DNA of 64,000 nucleotides from Deltaproteobacteria bacterium (GTDB lineage Bacteria > Desulfobacterota > Binatia > Binatales > Binataceae): positions 9,954-73,953 of the forward strand of contig JAKAVN010000001.1 of NCBI GenBank assembly GCA_021827495.1, given 5' to 3'. Made by a program: the position numbers and the translations under genes. Below are positions 57,901-64,000 of the stretch, piece by piece. The stretch's first letter is position 1. The number at the start of each line of letters is the position of its first letter. The notes under the pieces were generated by a model that saw only the letters and a program-made list of their open reading frames with translations, was not told the DNA's origin and made no database searches.

Positions 57901-58830
57901 CTACTCCACGGCGTTCGGGGCCGCCGTCGCAGCGGCGCGCCGGCGCGCGACTTCGAACAGCGCGACCGCCGCCGCCACCGCGACGTTGAGCGACCCGACT
58001 TTGCCGTACATCGGGATTCGCACCACGAAGTCGGCATTCTTCTTGACGATCTCGCGCACGCCGCGCCCCTCGGAACCGACCACCAGCGCGAGGCGGCGCG
58101 TCGTATCCAGCTCGTAGATTTCGAGCGCACCCTGGGGCGCGAGCGCCGCGATCCAGTAGCCGGCCTGCTTGAGCTCTTCCATCGCGCGCGCGACGTTGCC
58201 GCATAGCGCAATCTTAAGATGCACCCAGGCGCCCGCCGACGCCTTTATCGCCGCCGGCGTAATCGCCGCCGTGCGGTCGCGGGCCAGCACGACCGTGCCG
58301 ACTCCCGCGCCCTCGGCCGAGCGCAACAGCGCGCCCAGGTTGCGCGGGTCGGTCACGCCGTCGACCAGCAGCAGCGGGTCGGGCTTCGCCGCCACGACTT
58401 CTTCGAACGGCGCGTAACTGTATTCGCGAATCAGGGCGACCACGCCCTGATGGCGCGACTCCGCGCCCGCGATCCGCGCCAGCGCCGCCGCCTCGGCCGC
58501 CACCACATGGCCGCCGGCGGCGCGCACGCATCCGATATCGCCGGCGAAGCGCGCCTCGAGCCCGGCGCGCACGTATAGCGTGCGTACCGCGCCGGGGGCG
58601 GCGGCGATAAGCTCATGCACCGGCTCGGCGCCGAAGACCAGGTCGCGCGCCGCCGCTTCCGGCGCACGCGTCAGCGGCGCGCGAAGCGGCGGCGCCTGGG
58701 CTGGCGCCGCCGCCGGCGCCACGAGCGGCGAAGCCTGTGGCCGCGGGGCGCCGGGTGGCAGTATGCGGCGGCGATGCTTCATCGCCGCCGATAATAGTCC
58801 AGCGCAACGCGCGGCGACACTGCGGGTCAC
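57901..58830 (-). CDS. rlmB: 23S rRNA (guanosine-2'-O)-methyltransferase RlmB (SpoU/TrmH family) with N-terminal extension
   Basis: SpoU motifs (LVDGVTDPRNLGALLRSAEGAG, VVGSEGRGV, GSLNVAVAA). The start is uncertain (58830 or 58782). Confidence 0.75.
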   Translation of the reverse strand: MTRSVAARCAGLLSAAMKHRRRILPPGAPRPQASPLVAPAAAPAQAPPLRAPLTRAPEAAARDLVFGAEPVHELIAAAPGAVRTLYVRAGLEARFAGDIGCVRAAGGHVVAAEAAALARIAGAESRHQGVVALIREYSYAPFEEVVAAKPDPLLLVDGVTDPRNLGALLRSAEGAGVGTVVLARDRTAAITPAAIKASAGAWVHLKIALCGNVARAMEELKQAGYWIAALAPQGALEIYELDTTRRLALVVGSEGRGVREIVKKNADFVVRIPMYGKVGSLNVAVAAAVALFEVARRRAAATAAPNAVE

Positions 58831-59016
58831 CGCGCGCGCTCTTCAAGGCTGCGCCCCAACCGCGGTCCGCAATCAACCCGCTCGCCGTCATCCTCCCGAT
58901 CGCCAAAGATATCTCCGCCGATCGTCAAAGATATCTCCGCGCGTTTGCTTGCCCGCCGCATCCGTCTACACTTATCAGCGTATTACGTTTGCGCCCGCGC
59001 GCGGGCGCGCCCAGCG

Positions 59017-60192
59017 ATGCTCAAGCTGCGAACCATCGACCGCTATGTCGCCGCCGAGGTCATCGGACCGTTCGTGATGGGCGTCGGACTGCTAACCTTC
59101 GCGCTGGTGACCGGCAAGCTGCTCAAGCTCACGGAGATGGTGGTCAATCACGGCGTCGGCCTCGGCCAGGTGATGGGCCTCATCGGCTACATCATGCCCG
59201 CCTTTCTCGAACTGACGTTTCCGATGGCGGTGCTGCTCGGCGTGCTGCTCGGCTTCGGGCGGATGTCGAGCGACCGCGAGCTTATCGCCGCGCGCGCCTG
59301 CGGCATCAGCCTGTACCAGCTCGCGCTACCGGTGATAGCGGTGGCGCTGGTGGTCTACGCGCTGGCCAGCTGGTTCGCGTTTTCGGTCCGACCGTGGGCC
59401 AATTCCAATCTCCAGGCCGAGATCTACCGGCTCACCCGCACGCGCTCGAGCGCCGGGCTCAAGGAGAAAATCTTCGACAGCAGCTTTCCCGGCCTGGTGC
59501 TCTACGTCGACCACATCTCGCACAGCAACAGCGCCTTGCAAGGCGTGCTGATTTCCGACGCGCGCAGCAACCAGCAGCAGAACACGATCATCGCGCAGCG
59601 CGGGATCATCCTGCCCGACGAGAACAACCACACCATCACACTGCGCCTGTTCGACGGATCGGTCTTCGGCGTCGACCCTTCCAGCCATAGCAGCCACATC
59701 ACCAGCTTCCGCATCTACGATCTCAACGTCGAGCCGCAAACCGGACTGGCCGACGAGGGCCACGCGCCCGAGGAGATGCCCTACGGGGAACTGAAGGGAG
59801 TAATCGCCAAGGCGCGCGCGGCGCACAAGCCGGACTATCTGGCGGAGGCCGAGATGGCGGGCAAGTACACGGTGCCGCTGGCGACGCTGCTGTTCGCCCT
59901 GATCGGCGTGCCGCTGGGACTCAAGCCCGCGCGCGGCGGCCAATCGGAGCGTTTCGGTGTCGCGATCGCGCTGTTCTTCCTATACTACATGCTGATGCGG
60001 ATGGGACGGACGCTGGCCGAGCGGGGGATGCTCAACGCGCTGTTCGCGATGGCGATTCCCGACCTGGTGTTCCTGGGGCTCGCGCTATGGATGTTCTACC
60101 GCAGCGCCAATGACCGCACCGACCAGGGCCGCGGCCCGGGCGATATCCTCTGGGACCTCATCGAGCACTTTGGCCGCAAGGGGGCCGCATGA
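59017..60192 (+). CDS. lptF: LPS export ABC transporter permease LptF (YjgP/YjgQ family)
   Basis: MLKLRTIDRYVAAEVIGPF N-terminus typical of LptF/LptG, with 6 TMs and a periplasmic insert. Confidence 0.8.
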   Translation: MLKLRTIDRYVAAEVIGPFVMGVGLLTFALVTGKLLKLTEMVVNHGVGLGQVMGLIGYIMPAFLELTFPMAVLLGVLLGFGRMSSDRELIAARACGISLYQLALPVIAVALVVYALASWFAFSVRPWANSNLQAEIYRLTRTRSSAGLKEKIFDSSFPGLVLYVDHISHSNSALQGVLISDARSNQQQNTIIAQRGIILPDENNHTITLRLFDGSVFGVDPSSHSSHITSFRIYDLNVEPQTGLADEGHAPEEMPYGELKGVIAKARAAHKPDYLAEAEMAGKYTVPLATLLFALIGVPLGLKPARGGQSERFGVAIALFFLYYMLMRMGRTLAERGMLNALFAMAIPDLVFLGLALWMFYRSANDRTDQGRGPGDILWDLIEHFGRKGAA

Positions 60193-61289
60193 AACTGCGC
60201 CCGCGGCTCTCGCCCACGCTCGACCGTTTCCTCGGCGGCCATTTTCTCGGCCCGTTCCTGGTCTGTCTGGCGGCCTTCACCGCGGCGTACCTGCTGGGCG
60301 ACATCTTCGACCGCTTCGACGACCTGATGCGCTACGGCGGCTTCGGCCTGCTGGGCCTGGAGTACTTCGCGCTGAAGCTCCCGCTGATCGTTTCGCAATT
60401 GCTTCCGGTCGCCTCGCTGGCCGGCGTGTTGCTCGGCTTCGCGCTGCTCAACCGTACCGGCGAGGTGCTGGCCTGCCAGCAACTCGGTATCAGCCGCTTC
60501 GAGATGGCGGTGCCGGTGCTGCTGTTGGCGGCGCTGATTTCGCTCGCCGACTTCGCGATCAGCGAGACGGTGGTGCCGATCGCCACCCGCGAGGCCCAGC
60601 ATCTTTATCAGGTCGAACTGCAGCGCCGGAAAATCTACGGCATCTTCTTCAACCGCCGCATCTGGGTGCGCGTAACCGACGGCTTCATGAGCGCCGACGA
60701 CTATGACGGCCACAAAAAGATGCTCCACGGCGTGACGCTCTACCGCGTCGGCCACAACTACCTGCTGACCTCGGTGGAGAACGCCCCGGAGGCGGCGTGG
60801 AACGGGCGGCAATGGCGGCCCATCGGTCTCACGGCGTTCAAACTGCTGCCCGGCGGCAAGGTTGCTCCGACCGCTCCCGGCCCGTTCCGCATCGACGTCA
60901 ACCCGGCCGACTTCAGCCTGCTGCGGATGGATCCCGACGAATTCAGCCTGTGGCAGCTCGATTCGTATATCGAGAGCCTGCGCAGCAAGGGGCTCGACCC
61001 GGGAGGCTATTTCGTCGACCGCGACCTCAAGTACGCCATGCCGCTGGCCTGCCTGATCATGGCGGCGCTCGGCCTGGCACTGAGCCTCGACCCGTTGCCG
61101 CGCAGCCTCAGCGTCGGGCGCAGCTTCACGCTGGCGATCGCGATCGGGTTTGGCTATTGGCTGATGTTCGGCCTGACCTCGTCGCTGGGCCGTTCGGGCC
61201 TGCTGGCCGCATGGCCCGCCGCCTGGATTCCCAACATCACGTTCACCATCCTGGCCACCTCGCTCTTCCTCTTCGGTGAGGAACGCTGA
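60189..61289 (+). CDS. lptG: LPS export ABC transporter permease LptG
   Basis: LDRFLGGHFLGPFL N-terminus and YjgP/YjgQ topology. ATGA overlap with lptF. Confidence 0.8.
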   Translation: MKLRPRLSPTLDRFLGGHFLGPFLVCLAAFTAAYLLGDIFDRFDDLMRYGGFGLLGLEYFALKLPLIVSQLLPVASLAGVLLGFALLNRTGEVLACQQLGISRFEMAVPVLLLAALISLADFAISETVVPIATREAQHLYQVELQRRKIYGIFFNRRIWVRVTDGFMSADDYDGHKKMLHGVTLYRVGHNYLLTSVENAPEAAWNGRQWRPIGLTAFKLLPGGKVAPTAPGPFRIDVNPADFSLLRMDPDEFSLWQLDSYIESLRSKGLDPGGYFVDRDLKYAMPLACLIMAALGLALSLDPLPRSLSVGRSFTLAIAIGFGYWLMFGLTSSLGRSGLLAAWPAAWIPNITFTILATSLFLFGEER

Positions 61290-61780
61290 TGCCGGCGGAT
61301 TCGCTACAGCCGCTGGAGATGGCCGCGGTGCGCGACTTTCTGACCTTCGCGCGCATCGGGCACCTGGCGACCGCCGACACCGCGGGCGTCCCGCACAACG
61401 TGCCGCTGTGCTTCTGGTTCGACGGCGCGCGCTTCTACTTCGCGATTGACGAGAAACCCAAGCGCGGAAGCGTGATGGCGCTGCGCCGGATGCGCAACAT
61501 CGCGGCCAACCCCAACGTCGCCCTGATCGTCGACCATTACGAAGAGCACTGGCACAGCCTCGCCTACGTGCTGGTGCACGGGCGCGCCAGCGTGGTCGAG
61601 GAGCGCGAGGAGTACCTGCTCGCGCTGCGCAGCCTGCGCGACAAGTATTCGCAGTACCGCGCGATGGCGCTGAGCATCGAGAACAACCCCGTCGTGCGCA
61701 TCGACCCCATCCGCGTCCATGTCTGGGGCGAGCGCTTCAAGCCCACGCCGGGAGCCGCGGCGCGGCCCCCATCCACGTAG
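61289..61780 (+). CDS. Pyridoxamine 5'-phosphate oxidase-family (FMN/F420-binding split-barrel) protein
   Basis: ARIGHLATADTAGVPHNVPLCFWFDG...IVDHYEE pattern of the PNPOx-like split barrel. Confidence 0.65.
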   Translation: MPADSLQPLEMAAVRDFLTFARIGHLATADTAGVPHNVPLCFWFDGARFYFAIDEKPKRGSVMALRRMRNIAANPNVALIVDHYEEHWHSLAYVLVHGRASVVEEREEYLLALRSLRDKYSQYRAMALSIENNPVVRIDPIRVHVWGERFKPTPGAAARPPST

Positions 61781-61791
61781 CGCGGCGCCGG

Positions 61792-62976
61792 ATGCGACGG
61801 CTGGAGGAAATCGCCCGCGCGCTCGCCGACTCCTCGCTTGACGGCTGGCTGTTCTACGATTTCCGCCACAGTGACCCGCTCGCCTACCGCATCCTGGGCC
61901 TCCCAAGCGAAGGCATAACGACCCGGCGATGGTTCTGCTACGTACCGGCTCATGGCGCGCCGCGCGCCGTGGTCTCGGCGGTCGAAGCGGAGCGCCTGGC
62001 GGAACTGGGGGTCGAGACGGTGGTGTACCGCTCGGCCGAGGGGATGCTCTCGGCGCTCGGCGGCATGCTGGCCGGCGCGCGGCGCATCGCGATGAACTAC
62101 TCGCCCCAATGCGCGATTCCCTACGTCGCGCGCGTCGATGCCGGCACTGTGGAAATCGTCCGCGCGCTCGGCCTCAAAGTCGTATCGGCCGCCGATCTGA
62201 TCCAGCGCTTCGAGGCGCGGCTTGAGCCCGCGCAACTTCAGAGCCATCGGCGCGCGGCCGCGCTGGTGCGCCGCGTGGTCGACGAGACTTTCGGCGAAAT
62301 CGCGCGCGCCATCGAGTCGGGAGCGCCGATCAGCGAATACTCGGCGCAGCAATTCGTGCTCGCGCGCTTCGCCGCGCATGGCCTGATGGCCGACGACCCG
62401 CCGATCGTGGCGGTCAACGCCGATGCCGCGCGGCCGCACTTCACGCCCGCGCCCGCCGCCGATACGCCGATCCGGCGCGGCGACCTGGTGCTGCTCGACC
62501 TCTGGGCCAAGGAGCCCGGCGCCGACAGCATCTATGCGGACCTGACCTGGATGGCTTACGCGGGCGCGCGGGTGCCCGAGGAATACGCGCGCGTTTTCGC
62601 GATCGTGGCCGAGGCGCGCGACGCCGCGGCCGATTTCATCCGCGCCCGCGTGGCCGCCGGGCAGGCAGTCCGCGGCGAGGAAGCCGACCGCGCCGCGCGC
62701 GGCGTGATCGAACGCGCCGGCTTCAGCCGGCAGTTCGTCCATCGCACCGGCCATTCGATCGGCCGCGAGGTCCACGGCGCCGGCGCCAACCTCGACTCGC
62801 TCGAAACCCACGACCATCGCACGCTCATCGATCGCTCCTGCTTCTCGGTCGAGCCGGGAATTTACCTGCCGGGACGCTTCGGCGTGCGCAGCGAACTCGA
62901 CATGACGATCCAAGACGGCTGCGCCGAAGTGAGCGCCGCGCCGGCACAACGCGAAATCGCCGCGCTGCTGAAATAG
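61792..62976 (+). CDS. M24-family metallopeptidase (Xaa-Pro aminopeptidase-like)
   Basis: Pita-bread-fold metal ligands (DLVLLDLWA, HRTGHSIGREVHG, SVEPGIY, ELDMTI). Confidence 0.8.
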   Translation: MRRLEEIARALADSSLDGWLFYDFRHSDPLAYRILGLPSEGITTRRWFCYVPAHGAPRAVVSAVEAERLAELGVETVVYRSAEGMLSALGGMLAGARRIAMNYSPQCAIPYVARVDAGTVEIVRALGLKVVSAADLIQRFEARLEPAQLQSHRRAAALVRRVVDETFGEIARAIESGAPISEYSAQQFVLARFAAHGLMADDPPIVAVNADAARPHFTPAPAADTPIRRGDLVLLDLWAKEPGADSIYADLTWMAYAGARVPEEYARVFAIVAEARDAAADFIRARVAAGQAVRGEEADRAARGVIERAGFSRQFVHRTGHSIGREVHGAGANLDSLETHDHRTLIDRSCFSVEPGIYLPGRFGVRSELDMTIQDGCAEVSAAPAQREIAALLK

Positions 62977-63186
62977 TGGGGCATTTTAAATCTCAACGCG
63001 ACCGACCACCCGTGAAAGGCATTTTCAGGGGCCAATGGTCGTGTGCTTCTTACCCCTCGCCCAATTGTCTTGGGGAGGAGGGCAGAAGCGCTGGGCGCCC
63101 CAAGGCTGGTGGGGTGCGCGCTGGTCGTGGATAATTCCATCGCACGCGCCATGCAACAACCCGCGGATTCGAACAATGGCTGCCGG

Positions 63187-63873
63187 ATGATTCGGGCAAT
63201 TATCTTCGACCTCGACGGCACCCTGGCCGACACCGAGCCGCTCCACTTCGAAGCCTTCGCGCGCGTCCTGCGCGGCGAGGGAATCGAACTGGACCGCGCG
63301 CAATACTTCAGCCGGCTAATCGGCTTCGACGATCGCGACTGCTTCGCCACCGTGCTGCGCGAAAGCGGCCGCGGCGTGGCCAGCGGCTCGCTCGCCGCGC
63401 TCATCGCACGCAAGGCCGCCGTCTACCAGGAGTTGATCGCCGGCCGCGACGTGACCTTTCCCGGCGCCGCCGACTTCGTGCGGCGATGCGCCCGGCGCTT
63501 CCCGCTGATCGTGGCGACCGGCACGCTGCGCGTCGAGGCCGAACTCATCCTCAACCGCGCCGGCGTGCGCGAGCTTTTCGTCGACATCATCGCGGCCGAG
63601 GACGTCGAGCACGGCAAGCCCGCGCCAGAGGGTTTCGAAAAGGCGCTGGGGCGGCTGGGCTTTTTGCTGCGCCTGCGCCCGCCGTTGGAACCGGCCGAAT
63701 GCCTCGTGATAGAGGACACCGTGGCGGGCATCGAGGCGGCGCGCCGGGCTGGGATGCGGGTGCTGGCGCTATGTCATAGCGGCCGCCCCGAAGAGCTCAA
63801 AGGGGCGGAAATCGTGCGCAATTCGCTGGCCGAGACCGATCTGGACGAACTCCTGCGCGAATTTTCTCGATAA
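63187..63873 (+). CDS. HAD-superfamily hydrolase (beta-phosphoglucomutase-like subfamily IA)
   Basis: Canonical motif I IIFDLDGTL, motif II TGTLR, and motif III/IV K...EDTVAGIEAARRAG. The start could be 63151. Confidence 0.7.
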   Translation: MIRAIIFDLDGTLADTEPLHFEAFARVLRGEGIELDRAQYFSRLIGFDDRDCFATVLRESGRGVASGSLAALIARKAAVYQELIAGRDVTFPGAADFVRRCARRFPLIVATGTLRVEAELILNRAGVRELFVDIIAAEDVEHGKPAPEGFEKALGRLGFLLRLRPPLEPAECLVIEDTVAGIEAARRAGMRVLALCHSGRPEELKGAEIVRNSLAETDLDELLREFSR

Positions 63874-64000
63874 GAAGCTTTATATATCATTGAAGATATT
63901 TAGTGGTCTTTAAGATGTTTTAACTCTTGCTTCTCTTGGCGCGGCGGCTAGACTATTGTGCATACCGCCGCCTGCCAAGGCAAAGCCTGGCGAAGAGGCG

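Noticed and set aside
61564-62949. 461-aa minus-strand ORF over the M24 peptidase gene
   Set aside because: Antisense shadow. The plus strand encodes a complete pita-bread metallopeptidase.
63874-64000. AT-rich terminal 125 bp after the last HAD gene
   Set aside because: This is probably an intergenic promoter or terminator region. It is too short and truncated by the window edge to interpret.

Overview
High-GC (~65-68%) Gram-negative bacterial chromosomal segment, with no taxon assignable from sequence alone. Most genes are housekeeping: ffh (partial), an ECF sigma/anti-sigma pair, tRNA-Pro(GGG), coaX, panB-panC, degP, rpmE-prfA-prmC-murA-hisD, hisG-hisI, lptF-lptG and rlmB. Accessory content lies between them. 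The most striking unit is a divergent cluster at ~13.1-20.4 kb. It is built around an IPCT/DIPPS-like protein (nucleotidyltransferase-like domain fused to a CDP-alcohol phosphatidyltransferase) that is operonic with a B12-binding radical SAM enzyme. Flanking genes are a stand-alone NTP-transferase, an ATP-grasp enzyme, a class-III aminotransferase and two HAD hydrolases with non-canonical motif I. I read this as a candidate undescribed pathway for a phosphodiester solute or polar head group. Other accessory features follow.
- A ~120-bp structured repeat with 15-bp terminal inverted repeats occurs twice, at 9.7 kb (5' of panB) and 50.2 kb.
- A Ser/Thr kinase (zinc-ribbon, TM, BON domain) is operonic with a multi-TM double-FHA protein and a zinc-ribbon membrane protein. 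A perfect 14-bp x 6.8 tandem repeat and a PHP phosphoesterase gene lie next to it.
- A RelE/ParE-Phd toxin-antitoxin pair is arranged toxin first.
- An IS110 transposase sits at the 3' end of hisD.
- Several low-GC islets, an LLM oxidoreductase gene remnant and a PfkB-SIS fusion kinase with a DapA-like aldolase are also present.
Long antisense ORFs typical of high-GC DNA were discounted.
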